A stretch of DNA of 64,000 bases from an uncultured Candidatus Binatia bacterium. GTDB lineage: Bacteria > Desulfobacterota > Binatia > UBA9968 > CAXXLF01. Of this stretch, positions 38,630 to 49,221 are shown piece after piece. Below the pieces are notes generated by a model. The model saw only the letters and a program-made list of their open reading frames with translations, did not search any database and was not told the origin of the DNA. Every line of letters begins with the position of its first letter. The stretch's first letter is position 1. A program made the position numbers and the translations under genes. The stretch lies in NCBI GenBank assembly GCA_965218425.1, contig OZ244621.1:4032001-4096000 (forward strand), in the 5' to 3' direction.

Positions 38630-38723
38630 CACGACAGCCCTCGGGGGGTTGACCCGAAGGGACCACTTTGGATAAGGTCGGAAACCGGTTGCCGAACCAC
38701 CCAACACAGAGGAGAATCATGAC

Positions 38724-39710
38724 ATGGGTCTTCTGATTCGGGGCAAATGGGACAACGACGCCACTATTTCCAGTGACGATAAGGGACGCTTTACCCGCGA
38801 GGCCTCAAAATTTCGCCATTGGATCACAGTGGACGGAAGCCCTGGCCCCACGGGTGACGGTGGGTTCAAGGCTGAGCGTGGCCGCTACCACCTCTTCGTT
38901 TCCCCCTCCTGTCCCTGGGCGCACCGTACCATCATCATGCGCAGGCTGAAAAATCTCGAAGAGGTGATATCGATTTCCATTGCGGACCGGCCCAAAACTG
39001 AGGGATGGTCCTATTCGCAAGGCCTTGACGATCTAACACCTGGCGCGGACGGCGTCTTCCGGTTACATCAGGTTTACGCGGCGACCCAACTTGAATATAC
39101 GGGTAAAGTGACGGTGCCAACTCTCTGGGATCGTAAGCGCCGCGCCATCGTCAACAATGAATCATCGGAAATCATCCGTATGTTCAACTCGGCGTTCAAT
39201 GAGCGGGGGAACACGAGTGTCGATTTTTACCCGAAGGAATTACACGGTGAGATCGACCATGTGAACGAGTTCGTCTACGAGCATCTGAACAATGGGGTCT
39301 ACCGAACCGGCTTTGCCAAGACCCAGGGTGCCTACGACGAAGGGGTTGCCAAAGTGTTTCACGGCCTCGATACCCTGGAGACACGGCTTGCACAGGGCCG
39401 TTACCTCGTCGGGAACCGTATCACCGAGGCGGACTGGCGGGCGTTCCCGACACTGCTTCGCTTCGACCTCGTTTATTATAGCCACTTCAAGTGCAACATC
39501 CGACGCATACAAGACTACCCGAACCTGGCAAACTACCTCCGGGAGCTCTACCAGTGGCCGGGTATAAAAGACACCGTGGATCTCTATCAGATCAAGGCCA
39601 ATTATTACGGTCAACGTCAGGTGAACCCCACCGGTATCGTTCCCATGGGACCGACCCTGGATCACCTTGAGTGGAAACATGACCGGAACCGGCTTCCCGC
39701 CGCAGCTTGA
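38724..39710 (+). CDS. Glutathionyl-hydroquinone reductase (YqjG/Xi-class GST)
   Basis: CPWAHRT, TVPTLWD, IVNNESSEI, NNGVYRTGFA, HFKCN, NPTGIVP. Confidence 0.93.
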   Translation: MGLLIRGKWDNDATISSDDKGRFTREASKFRHWITVDGSPGPTGDGGFKAERGRYHLFVSPSCPWAHRTIIMRRLKNLEEVISISIADRPKTEGWSYSQGLDDLTPGADGVFRLHQVYAATQLEYTGKVTVPTLWDRKRRAIVNNESSEIIRMFNSAFNERGNTSVDFYPKELHGEIDHVNEFVYEHLNNGVYRTGFAKTQGAYDEGVAKVFHGLDTLETRLAQGRYLVGNRITEADWRAFPTLLRFDLVYYSHFKCNIRRIQDYPNLANYLRELYQWPGIKDTVDLYQIKANYYGQRQVNPTGIVPMGPTLDHLEWKHDRNRLPAAA

Positions 39711-39719
39711 GACAAAACC

Positions 39720-41072
39720 ATGAACTACACTCAAAACGTCGCCGATTTTGTGTCACTGACCAGTTTTGAATCCATTCCACCTGCTGCTCTGAGAGAAGCC
39801 AAGAGAGCGATACTGGATTGCGTCGGAGTTATGCTGGCGGGGAGTAAGGAGGAGAGCGCCAGGATTTGCGCCAGATTGACCAAAGAAGAAAGCTCAAACC
39901 AAGATTCCACTGTTATTGGCCAGGGTTTCAAGTCATCCCCTGTCATGGCCGCCTTCTCCAATGGCACCGCGGGACATGCCTTGGATTTCGATCACAGTTT
40001 TATCATGGGACAACCCAGCGCCGGCTTGATACCTGCCATTTTGGCCTTGGGTGAAGAGGCGGGAGAAAGCGGTCAAGATATTCTGGTGTCCTACATAGTT
40101 GGATTTGAAGTGATAGCAAAGCTTTGTCATTCCATGCCGGGCCATAACCCGGGAGGATGGCATGCCACGGCGACCCTGGGGTCCCTTGGTGCCGCAGTGG
40201 CGTGCGCCCGAATACTACGGCTCACCCCCGATGCAATTCAACAAACCCTGGGAATCGCTTCTTCCATGGCCTCCGGCCTACGAGCTAACTTTGCCACCAT
40301 GACAAAACCCCTCCACGCTGGATTGGCAGCGAAAAACGGCGTGCTGGCCGCCAAGTTGGCTGGATCTGGCTTTGACGCGAATCCAACGGTGTTGAGCGAG
40401 AATGAGGGATTCCTAGCAGCGTTCACCAGGGATATTCCGTCTGATCTCCATCCCTTCGAAGAACTGGGAAAATCCTTCGATCTGGTTACCAGGGGTATCC
40501 GATTCAAGCCCTACCCCTGCGGCGGATTAACCCATCCCACCGTCCAAGCCATACTCAGGCTCCGCGAGCAATATAAAGTTTCTCCAGAGTCTGTGGAATC
40601 CATCAAGGTCAGAGTCACCCCGTATGTTTTTAATACAATCCTGAATCGGTTACCCGAGACGGCCCTTCAAACCAAATTCAGCATGCCCTACATCGTGGCT
40701 AGAGCCCTGATGGACGGAAGATTGGGGCTGGACACGTTTTCTGACGAAGCTGGTCGGGATCCCGCTGTTCGTAGCTTGGGAGAGAAGATCGAGATGGAAT
40801 TGGACCCCGATCTTCAGGAGAACGACGATGTCAGTCGACCCTGTAAAGTCATCCTGCGTCAGAAGGACGGAACTGTTTTATCGCAATCCGTAGAACCCGG
40901 TCTGGCGACTCAACGAAGTTCCCTCAGCTCACAGGAATTGGAAGAGAAGTTCACCGATTGCGCCTGTCGCGTCATTAACAGTGAAGCCGCGGCTGAGGTT
41001 CTTAGACAGATTGACCACCTGGAGGATCTCGACTCTCTCGATCCCCTCTTCAAACTATTGATCGCGACGTGA
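39720..41072 (+). CDS. MmgE/PrpD family protein
   Basis: AFSNGTAGHALDFD, GWHAT, MTKPLHAG, FKPYPCG, KFSMPY. Confidence 0.92.
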   Translation: MNYTQNVADFVSLTSFESIPPAALREAKRAILDCVGVMLAGSKEESARICARLTKEESSNQDSTVIGQGFKSSPVMAAFSNGTAGHALDFDHSFIMGQPSAGLIPAILALGEEAGESGQDILVSYIVGFEVIAKLCHSMPGHNPGGWHATATLGSLGAAVACARILRLTPDAIQQTLGIASSMASGLRANFATMTKPLHAGLAAKNGVLAAKLAGSGFDANPTVLSENEGFLAAFTRDIPSDLHPFEELGKSFDLVTRGIRFKPYPCGGLTHPTVQAILRLREQYKVSPESVESIKVRVTPYVFNTILNRLPETALQTKFSMPYIVARALMDGRLGLDTFSDEAGRDPAVRSLGEKIEMELDPDLQENDDVSRPCKVILRQKDGTVLSQSVEPGLATQRSSLSSQELEEKFTDCACRVINSEAAAEVLRQIDHLEDLDSLDPLFKLLIAT

Positions 41073-41189
41073 TGATCCCCTCCACCACAATGCTGGTGGT
41101 GGCTACCGGAACCTTCTATTACTTGGTCAGGTTGACAAGAGTTCACCCGTAACTTATATATTCCCCCCATATCCAAGAGGCACACCCCA

Positions 41190-41451
41190 CTGGCTCAAGG
41201 AAGACTTCGGTTTCCCTGTGGTAATCAAGAATGCTGCGGGACAGGGAGCCGAGGTGGTCCCGGCCTTTCCACAGGGCCTCCTTACGCTGGAAAGTTTCGC
41301 CGATACCGAACTGAAAAAGAAGATTCTCCACTTCAACAATGCCCTCCGGCCTGCCAGCGCTCCCTATTTCGTGCCAAAAGGGGTACCGGCGCCGGCCCCT
41401 TGCCCGCCAGCAAATAGCAAGGCACCGGAATTTAAATCCGTGAGTGGCTAA
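41190..41451 (+). pseudogene. Possible fragment of a TctC/Bug-like solute-binding protein
   Basis: LTLESFADTELKKKILHFNNALRPASAPYFVPKGVP resembles the C-terminal part of such proteins; no N-terminus. Confidence 0.35.
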
Positions 41452-41636
41452 GTCTCTTCGCGTCTCTGGTATTCTGGGCCCAATCAACTCTTGACAATCC
41501 AGGGGGCGCATGAAATATGCTAGGGCTACTGGTTTCACGGAACGATTAACCACAAATAGTTCTATATCTTGAGTCAGGATCAAGAAAATGAGAGGATAAG
41601 CATGCCCCGGAGGCAGTGAGGCGAAAGGATCTAACC

Positions 41637-42827
41637 ATGGTCACCCAAGAAGAAAACCAATTATTGACCCAAACGGGCCCCGGCACTCCGGGCGGTGAGT
41701 TGCTACGCCGCTATTGGCACCCCATTGCCATCGCCAGTGAGTTGACCGAAGAGAACCCCACGAGGTTTATAAGAGTTCTCTGTGAAAACCTCGTGCTCTT
41801 CCGTGACAAGAAGGGAAATGTTGGTCTGGTTGGGGACCGCTGTCCCCACCGGGGAGCTTCCCTCCTCTACGGCAGGGTCGAAGAACGGGGAATCGCTTGC
41901 GCCTATCATGGCTGGCTATACGATACACAAGGCAATTGCATCGAGACCCCGCCGGAACCCGCGGACAGCAAATTCCGCTTGACCATAAAGCACACGGCTT
42001 ATCCGGTGCAAAAATTTGTCGGTCTTTATTGGACCTACATGGGGCCCCAACCCGCCCCGGCGATCCCAAAGTACGACATATTGGTACGCAAAGACGGCAA
42101 GCGAATGATCCGTGTCCACCCACAGCTAGATTGCAACTGGCTCCAGGCCATGGAGAACTCCGTAGACCCATCCCATCTGGAAATCCTGCACCAAACCCTC
42201 ATCGGTCGTGGGAGGACACCTGTAAACACCACCAGGGGATTTGTGGATGACGTGGACCACTACGAATTTGAAACCACTTCCTACGGCGTCTTGAAGATTC
42301 GGACCTACAAGAACGGCCAGGTGGATTGCCACCCGCTGGTTTTTCCAAACATTCTCCGTCAGGCGAAGACGGCACAGTACCGGGTACCCGTTGACGATAC
42401 CCACACGGTGCACTTCCATATCGTATTTGAGCCCACCCCTGATGGCAGCCTCGTGAAGGAAGACGAAAATCCCGAAGTGGACTACGTAGAGCCTTACAAA
42501 GAACCCGCAAAGGCTCTTTATCCCTCCGCCAGCTTTTCTACAGGAATGAAAAAGGTCATCGGGCAGGACCACATGGCATGGGAAACCCAAGGGCCGGTTG
42601 CAGATCGCACAAGGGAACGTCTGAGCACCTCGGACAGAGGAGTTATAATTTACCGAGATCTGGTCATTGAAAACATCAAAAAGGTACAGCAGGGTCAGGA
42701 CCCAATGGGCGTGATACGGGATCCCAACCATGAAACGATCGATACCAAGCTGTCGGAGTCACTTAAGAGCCCCGAAGCGGGAGATCGTCCAGTCATTGCG
42801 ACGCAAACAGCGCCGGCGCAGGCCTAA
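41637..42827 (+). CDS. Rieske non-heme iron oxygenase alpha subunit (phthalate dioxygenase-like)
   Basis: TGPGTPGGELLRRYWHP, CPHRG...CAYHGW, ENSVDPSHLEILH, QDHMAWETQG. Confidence 0.92.
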   Translation: MVTQEENQLLTQTGPGTPGGELLRRYWHPIAIASELTEENPTRFIRVLCENLVLFRDKKGNVGLVGDRCPHRGASLLYGRVEERGIACAYHGWLYDTQGNCIETPPEPADSKFRLTIKHTAYPVQKFVGLYWTYMGPQPAPAIPKYDILVRKDGKRMIRVHPQLDCNWLQAMENSVDPSHLEILHQTLIGRGRTPVNTTRGFVDDVDHYEFETTSYGVLKIRTYKNGQVDCHPLVFPNILRQAKTAQYRVPVDDTHTVHFHIVFEPTPDGSLVKEDENPEVDYVEPYKEPAKALYPSASFSTGMKKVIGQDHMAWETQGPVADRTRERLSTSDRGVIIYRDLVIENIKKVQQGQDPMGVIRDPNHETIDTKLSESLKSPEAGDRPVIATQTAPAQA

Positions 42828-42852
42828 GGGTAGCTTCGTACTCGAATCAGGA

Positions 42853-42892
42853 GCCCGGCGCGACACTTGAATTCAAGTAATCCTCGCCGGGC
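42853..42892. terminator. Hairpin between convergent genes
   Basis: GCCCGGCG...CGCCGGGC enclosing the ACTTGAATTCAAGT palindrome. Confidence 0.5.
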
Positions 42893-42907
42893 CATCCCGG
42901 AACACCG

Positions 42908-43405
42908 TCAAAGCTTGTAGCCGATTTTCCGTAACAAGTCTTTTCGCCAGGCGATATCCTCCTCCTTTTCCACCCCTACCGTTTTTGCCCCGTCAATTAC
43001 GCCGAGAATGCCTCGGCCCCGTTCCGTCTCTGCAATCACCACCTCCACGGAATTCGCCGTGGCGCAATATATGTGACACACTTCCGGTACCATCTTGAGG
43101 GAGTTGAGAATATTTACCGGGAAAAACCCTGGGCCCAAAAATAGGATGAAACAGTGACCAGCCGCGAGGGCCTGGGCATTTTGCTTGGCAAGTCCGATCA
43201 TTGCCTCGTCAGTGCCGCTCCAACGCACAAGGGTTGCGCCCGACGCTTCGCAAAAGGCGAGGCCGAACTTGATCCCCGGTACGGCCTGAACCAGCGCCTC
43301 GTGGATATCCTCCACCGTTTTGATAAAGTGGCTCTGTCCTAAGACAAAGTTGATATCGTCAGGCTTTTCGATCTTGACAGTGGCAAGTTCCACGGCCCAA
43401 TTCAA
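42908..43405 (-). CDS. Adenosine-specific kinase family (DUF355) protein
   Basis: GQSHFIKTVED, FGLAFCEASG, VPEVCHIYCATAN, GRGILGVIDG. Confidence 0.88.
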   Translation of the reverse strand: MNWAVELATVKIEKPDDINFVLGQSHFIKTVEDIHEALVQAVPGIKFGLAFCEASGATLVRWSGTDEAMIGLAKQNAQALAAGHCFILFLGPGFFPVNILNSLKMVPEVCHIYCATANSVEVVIAETERGRGILGVIDGAKTVGVEKEEDIAWRKDLLRKIGYKL

Positions 43406-43423
43406 TCCAGCTCCCTCGGATCG

Positions 43424-44035
43424 TCAGCTTCCCTTGGATTCCTTAACCAGCCTTTCCAACACTTCGTATGGCTGGGCGCCCACCGCCACCGATCCATCCA
43501 TCACAAACGTCGGGACACCTGTAACCCCAACCTCCCAACAACGCTTCCAGTCGGCGTCCACGTCGTCTTTGAATACCCGGCTTGCAAGGATCTCTCGAGC
43601 CTCATCCACGGGCAAGCCAACTCGCCCCACCAGTTTGAGCAGGACCTCTGGCTTTCCGATGTTAATGTTGTCCACGAAATAAGCCTGAAACAGGGCCTCA
43701 TGAATGCGATCTCCGTTGGGTTTCCCTTCGGCCCACTTCCCCAGCTCCTGGGCCAGACGGCTGTTGTAGGTCATTTTGCGCTCGCCATAGGGTAGACCCT
43801 CTTGGTCCATAAGAGACTTCATCCTGCTGCGCCTTGATTCGACGCGGGATTTATCCGCGCCGAATAAATCATCCAGCGATCGACCTTCCTCGGGTGTGTC
43901 GGGATGAAGGGGGAAATGGGTGAACTTGACCTTCAGCCCGAAATTTTTCTTTAGTTTCTCAATACGCCCGGTACTGAGGTAGCACCAGGGTCAAACGTAA
44001 TCGGAAAAGACTTCTAAAGTTCTTGGCTCTTCCAT
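43424..44035 (-). CDS. DsbA/FrnE-like thioredoxin-fold protein with in-frame UGA (probable selenocysteine, U-P-W-C)
   Basis: MEEPRTLEVFSDYV-TGA-PWCYLS...FPLHPDTP...NSRLAQEL...GVTGVPTF...GAQPYE; TGA at 43991-43993 (codon 15); GGAG RBS upstream of ATG 44035; hairpin right after the UGA. Confidence 0.85.
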
Positions 44036-44137
44036 AATCGTAATCTCCTCTGGCTCTCGTGACCGAATTCGCCGCGCGAGTGAAATAATATGCCCGAGTC
44101 CCGACCTTGTCAAAACCTTACCATTGCGACCAACACG

Positions 44138-44959
44138 TCACCCTCTCTCAGTGCGGTCAATCACCCATCGAGCCATTTCGTCATGGCGGGCGAACCAGAC
44201 CCCGGAAAATCCCTTCATGTACTTCAGCGCATCCGCCACCACAGCACAGATGAGAGGCCGGCCACCAAAGTGTGCATGAACCGTGAGATTGATCATCCCC
44301 GTGGGCTCGTGTTTGTATAGGTAATCGAAAGTGTTCTTGTAGATCTGAAAGAAATCCCCGGGGTTTCCCCGAAGAACCCTGTTATCCGTGAAATCGGAGT
44401 GAGGTATGACAACCATTGGACCTTTAGGCGTCTTCATGTAGTAAGGAAGGTCCGTATCATTGTAGTCCCCATGCCAGAGGAAATTCTCTTCCGCCAAGAA
44501 CTCTGCGGTGTGTTGCGTGGGAGTGCACCGAGGGCTCAACCAACCCACGGGTTTCGCCCCCGTAGTCCTCTCAATGATCCCGCAGCACCTCTGGATAACT
44601 TCTCTTTCCTCTGCCGGCGATAGATAACAGAGCAGCGCATCTTGGGTATAGGAATGGCCGGCCACCTCGTGTCCGCCACGAAGGATCTCCTTGACCGCGT
44701 CCGGATAGAGCTCTACCGTTTTGCCGCTCACGCAAACCGTCGCCCGGATTCCAAAGTTATTCAAGATCCGCATGAGCCTCCATATACCTGTTTTTCCTCC
44801 ATACTCCGACCAGGAGATCCCATGTCGGTCCACCGTACCCTCCTTGAGAGGTGTAGCCATAGGCGAATAACCGGGGGACTTGTCCTCAGACCATGTCTCG
44901 AACATGACTGTCACGAGCACCGCAATCCTTACGTCCCCGTCCCACTTCTGAATGGCCAT
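44138..44959 (-). CDS. Polysaccharide deacetylase/PuuE-like protein
   Basis: EYGGKTGIWR, GHEVAGHS, PVGWLSP, DTDLPY, HAHFGGRP. Confidence 0.85.
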   Translation of the reverse strand: MAIQKWDGDVRIAVLVTVMFETWSEDKSPGYSPMATPLKEGTVDRHGISWSEYGGKTGIWRLMRILNNFGIRATVCVSGKTVELYPDAVKEILRGGHEVAGHSYTQDALLCYLSPAEEREVIQRCCGIIERTTGAKPVGWLSPRCTPTQHTAEFLAEENFLWHGDYNDTDLPYYMKTPKGPMVVIPHSDFTDNRVLRGNPGDFFQIYKNTFDYLYKHEPTGMINLTVHAHFGGRPLICAVVADALKYMKGFSGVWFARHDEMARWVIDRTERG

Positions 44960-45001
44960 ATGTCCTTACCCCCAGTACCGCGTCAGACGAAATACCGCTG
45001 A

Positions 45002-46084
45002 TCAAAAGCCATAGAGCCTGCAGGCATTCTCACCCATTATCTTGGCCATGGTCTCCGGGAGAATTTCCTCTCTTTGTGTGACGGACTTCACCGCGTCGGG
45101 GAACTTGCCGTCACTGTGATTGTAGTCGGAACAGAAGACGAGGCGCTCCGATCCCACGAAATCTATGACGAAGCCAAGGGTTTTCTCATCCGGCTCGAAG
45201 GCGTAATAGAGTTGTCCGCTGCGCATGTATTCGCTCGGAGGTTTGGTAAGCCAGGATACGGTGGGTTGCATATTTTCGTAGTGCTCATCCAACCTCTCCA
45301 TCCAATACGGAATCCAGCCCGCCCCCGCTTCCATGCAGGCCACTTTCAAGCGGGGGAATCTGTCCAACAAACCACCGACTACCACACACAGCACACCGAT
45401 CATTTGTTCAAAAGGATGAGTCATGGCGTGGGTATAAAAAGGATGGTCGAACCTATCGATCCCTGCCGATACCCCGTCACCGGCTCCCACATGAATGGCC
45501 ACAGGCGCATTGAGCCGCTCGGCCTCGGCGAAGAAGGGGTAGAGATCCGGATCATCGAGATTTTTTCCTGAAGAGGAGTGGGTTGGCGCGGCAACCGCTA
45601 CAAAGCCCAGCTCATTCACACAGCGGCGCAACTCCTCCACCGCCGCAGGAGGATCCTGGATAGGCACAAGCGCCACGCCCTTGAGCCTGCTGGAGTCTGC
45701 TTTGCAGTATCCTGCGAGCCAATTGTTGTAAACCTGTGAAATGGCACACGCAAGATCCTTGTCCTCAAAAAACGGAAGGCTGAGGAATGGACTCGAACCA
45801 AAGAGAACCGCTACCTCAATCCCCTCAAGGTCCATGTCCTGAAGGCGCCGGACGGGATCAGACATCCCGGTAGTGGCTCGCGGCGAACGACCCCGCGGAG
45901 CACCCACAAATCCGCATCCTTTGCCAACGGGCTTGGGGCATAACTTCCCCTCCACCATGACCATGGAAACACCTCGGTTATCCTTAACCACCGTGGGTGC
46001 GCGGGAGCTGTATGATGCGGGCAGCAGATCCCGCCAGGGGATATTAGACTCAGTGACATGTCCATCCGCATCTATAATTCGCAT
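45002..46084 (-). CDS. Amidohydrolase_2 family protein
   Basis: IDADGHVTE, DMDLEGI, AIHVG, MEAGAGW, SDYNHSD. Confidence 0.9.
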   Translation of the reverse strand: MRIIDADGHVTESNIPWRDLLPASYSSRAPTVVKDNRGVSMVMVEGKLCPKPVGKGCGFVGAPRGRSPRATTGMSDPVRRLQDMDLEGIEVAVLFGSSPFLSLPFFEDKDLACAISQVYNNWLAGYCKADSSRLKGVALVPIQDPPAAVEELRRCVNELGFVAVAAPTHSSSGKNLDDPDLYPFFAEAERLNAPVAIHVGAGDGVSAGIDRFDHPFYTHAMTHPFEQMIGVLCVVVGGLLDRFPRLKVACMEAGAGWIPYWMERLDEHYENMQPTVSWLTKPPSEYMRSGQLYYAFEPDEKTLGFVIDFVGSERLVFCSDYNHSDGKFPDAVKSVTQREEILPETMAKIMGENACRLYGF

Positions 46085-46336
46085 GGTCTCCTCCTTGCCC
46101 CGTACCAACTTAGGCTCTTTTTGCGAGCACGGGGATGATGGTTCATAAAATCCGCAACGGCAGCGCTCCACGGTCACAGATGTGAATCAGTGGGTTTAGG
46201 TTCGCACATCTATTTGGCACGACGTTATCCGATGTCATTCCGGCTTGTCAATTGGACGAACGGGGCTCAGGGAAGTGGAGTCCTATGGAAAGATAAATTG
46301 CATCAACCCGACCTGGGGAGTCCGGGGAGACTTCTG

Positions 46337-47248
46337 CTATAGTCCGAATTCCTTCAAAGCGTTCGGATCCTGGGTCCATCCCCGGTCGACTTTCACAAAA
46401 AGTTCAAGATAAACTTTACCACCCAACAGGCCTTCCAGTTCTTTCCTCGCCCGTGTGCCGATTTCCTTGAGCATGGCCCCTTTTTTGCCTATGAGAATCG
46501 GCTTATGGGATTCCTGCTCCGAGTGGATGCCAGCCTTGATGACAATAAGATTGTTCTCGGGCTTTTCGCTGAACTCCTCAATCACCACCGCAACCCCGTA
46601 GGGAATCTCTTCCTGCGTCAACAAAAAGATCTTCTCCCGAATCGTCTCGGCAGCGATAAACCGCTCCGTTTGATCCGTAATTTCATCCTCCTGATAGTAC
46701 CGCGGCCCCTGGGGCAGAGACTTTATTATCAGGTCCACCAGAAGGGGAAGGTTCTCACCAGCGCGGGCGCTGATGGGAACAATTTCCCGGCCCGGCAAGA
46801 GCGACGAAATTCGATCCATCAATGGTAGAAGCTTTGATTTGGAAACGAGATCTATTTTGTTCAGCAAAACCAAAGCGACCCCCCCCGATTCCATCAGCAG
46901 CCGCGCAATATCCTCATTTTCCCCGAAAATCCCTTCCCTGGCATCCACCAGCCAAAGGGTGAGGTCCACTTCCCTTAGAGTGCTCTTGGCCACCTCCACC
47001 ATCCGCTGATTCATTAGGGAACGTGCCCGGTGAATCCCCGGAGTATCGAGAAAAATAACCTGCGAGCCCGGAGCCGACCTGATGCCCCTGATTCGATTAC
47101 GGGTGGTTTGCGCCTTGGGGGTTACGATGGCAACCTTTTCGCCCAATAGCTGGTTCATCAACGTGGATTTTCCCACGTTGGGCCGGCCGACGATCGCCAC
47201 AAACCCCGATCGAAAAAGCTCAACTTTATTATCCGTGCTCTCTGTCAC
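46337..47248 (-). CDS. era: GTPase Era
   Basis: GRPNVGKSTL, QTTRN, DTPG, NKID, EEIPY, IGKKG KH domain. Confidence 0.97.
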   Translation of the reverse strand: MTESTDNKVELFRSGFVAIVGRPNVGKSTLMNQLLGEKVAIVTPKAQTTRNRIRGIRSAPGSQVIFLDTPGIHRARSLMNQRMVEVAKSTLREVDLTLWLVDAREGIFGENEDIARLLMESGGVALVLLNKIDLVSKSKLLPLMDRISSLLPGREIVPISARAGENLPLLVDLIIKSLPQGPRYYQEDEITDQTERFIAAETIREKIFLLTQEEIPYGVAVVIEEFSEKPENNLIVIKAGIHSEQESHKPILIGKKGAMLKEIGTRARKELEGLLGGKVYLELFVKVDRGWTQDPNALKEFGL

Positions 47249-47777
47249 CTCGGCAGATGGACTCCAATGCCACGCCCCACAGGCGATTCCGACCTCGGAC
47301 CAACCAGGGATCCGCTTACCTGCTCGTTTCTCGCCTCCCGCAAAACTAACCGTATCGGCGAATCGAATAGAGTTGGGAATGGGTCAAGAAGGTCCGGCCA
47401 TCTATTTTGCGTCAACGCTCGTTTGCCAATCGGCTTATTGTACCCTAGTGCAGGCCCGGAAAATTCGCAACCAGGATCCCGCAAGATACTTTGCGATCCG
47501 TATGGTCGTCGAAGATCCCTTCTCGAGCACTGCCCGGGATGTCCCGGGTTAGAAGGCACTGTAAAATTCCACTCGGAGTGGACGAGTCGTGGGTTATTGA
47601 GATAATCAAACTTCGTTTCGGACACCAAGAGAAAAGACCCCACCACCATTACGAACCATGGCTCATTGACAGGGTTCACTTTCTTCGTGCTATCATCCCC
47701 CTTGATCCAAGCGCTGCACACTTTATCCGGCGACACCTTCAGCGTTACCCTAAGAATACGATTAAATATTAATTCTT

Positions 47778-49199
47778 TTGGGGAGAGACAACATCCAAGT
47801 GGAGACCCGCGTCAATTACCTACTCCTTGCCACTGCCATGTTGGGGACCTTTTTTTCCGCAACGGCTGCCAGGATCTTCAATATATCCATGCCCACCGTA
47901 GCTGCCAGTCTGGGCACCGACCTCCTTGGGATCTCCTGGGCGCTACTGGCCTACCAACTTTCGAATATCGGACTCTCCATCATCTTTGGCCGCCTCGCGG
48001 ATCTCTGGGGAAGGGAAAAGATTATTGCATTGGGATTTATCGTGTTTTCGCTAAGCTCCCTCCTGTGCGGCGTATCACAAAACGTCTACCAACTCATCGG
48101 GTTCCGATTTCTTCAGGGAATTGGAGCTTCCATGATCCAATCCTCCAGCCGTGCATTGGCGGCTGATGCAGTACCGGAACATCTTGGTGGGCGAGCCCAG
48201 GGTTATATGACCACGGCGCATCATACGGGATTTCTATTGGGTCCCAGCATCGGTGGGCTCACCATCGATTACTTGAGCTGGCGTTGGACCTTTTTCTTTC
48301 TCTTTCCCATTGGACTGATAGGCTCCCTGCTGACCTTGGCGAACCTGAAACACCGCCCCCCATCCGTCAACCGTGTCTCCATCGACTATATTGGAGCTGC
48401 ATTGGTTTTCGCAGCCACCACCACCCTTATTTTGTTTTTTGACCGCAGGTCGCTCGAAATCATGGGGGGCGAGATTAAGATAGCCGTGGCCGTGGCCTTC
48501 CTCGGTTGTGTTGCCGGTCTCATTGCCTACGAGTCAAAGGCCGAAAGCCCCTTTCTCAATCTCTCACTGTTCAAGATCCGCCTGTTCAGTTGTAGCGCCG
48601 TCAGCCTCCTAATCATTTCCACCTGCTACTCGATCCCTTTCTTTCTTCTTCCCTTCTACCTTCAAAACGTGCTCCTGCTGTCGCCGTCGTTCATCGGTCT
48701 CCTTTTCATGGTTCCTCCCATCATGACCGTAGTCCTGGCCCCCTTCAGCGGCACCATGGCGGACCGATTTGGGCCGCGGTTACCTGCCAGCTTCGGCATC
48801 ATATTTTTAACCTCATCTCTCCTGCTCGGTTATTTTTTCCAACCGAACTCCCACTGGATGCTACCCGCTTCGATGATCGCCCTGGGAGCCATCACCAATG
48901 GATTTTTTAATCCGGCCAACTCCAAGGCAATGATCTCCATGATGCCCAGGGAGCACCGCGGTTTCGCCACCGCGATCAATCACGTCTTCTTTAGTATGGG
49001 AAACGTTCTGGGGGTTGCCCTTGGCGGTTTCTTGATGGCCACCGCCTTTGAGGCCCATACGGGGCTCCCAGGGATCAGCCTTTCTACGAACCATCCTATG
49101 GGATTCGTCGCCGCCCTCAACACAACCTTCCTTGCAGCCGTGGTCCTGAGCCTGCTCGGCCTCGTGACGTCATTGTCCAGAGGTAGCAGGACCTCATAA
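47778..49199 (+). CDS. MFS transporter (DHA2/EmrB-like)
   Basis: GRLADLWGRE, RFLQGIGA, GPSIGG, WRWTFF; about 14 TM segments. Confidence 0.88.
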   Translation: MGRDNIQVETRVNYLLLATAMLGTFFSATAARIFNISMPTVAASLGTDLLGISWALLAYQLSNIGLSIIFGRLADLWGREKIIALGFIVFSLSSLLCGVSQNVYQLIGFRFLQGIGASMIQSSSRALAADAVPEHLGGRAQGYMTTAHHTGFLLGPSIGGLTIDYLSWRWTFFFLFPIGLIGSLLTLANLKHRPPSVNRVSIDYIGAALVFAATTTLILFFDRRSLEIMGGEIKIAVAVAFLGCVAGLIAYESKAESPFLNLSLFKIRLFSCSAVSLLIISTCYSIPFFLLPFYLQNVLLLSPSFIGLLFMVPPIMTVVLAPFSGTMADRFGPRLPASFGIIFLTSSLLLGYFFQPNSHWMLPASMIALGAITNGFFNPANSKAMISMMPREHRGFATAINHVFFSMGNVLGVALGGFLMATAFEAHTGLPGISLSTNHPMGFVAALNTTFLAAVVLSLLGLVTSLSRGSRTS

Positions 49200-49221
49200 T
49201 TAAACTCAAAAAAGGGATAGG

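Noticed and set aside
47245..47772. ORFs between era and the MFS gene (possible rnc or other remnant)
   Set aside because: No RNase III or other family motif recognised in the frames read; multiple stops.
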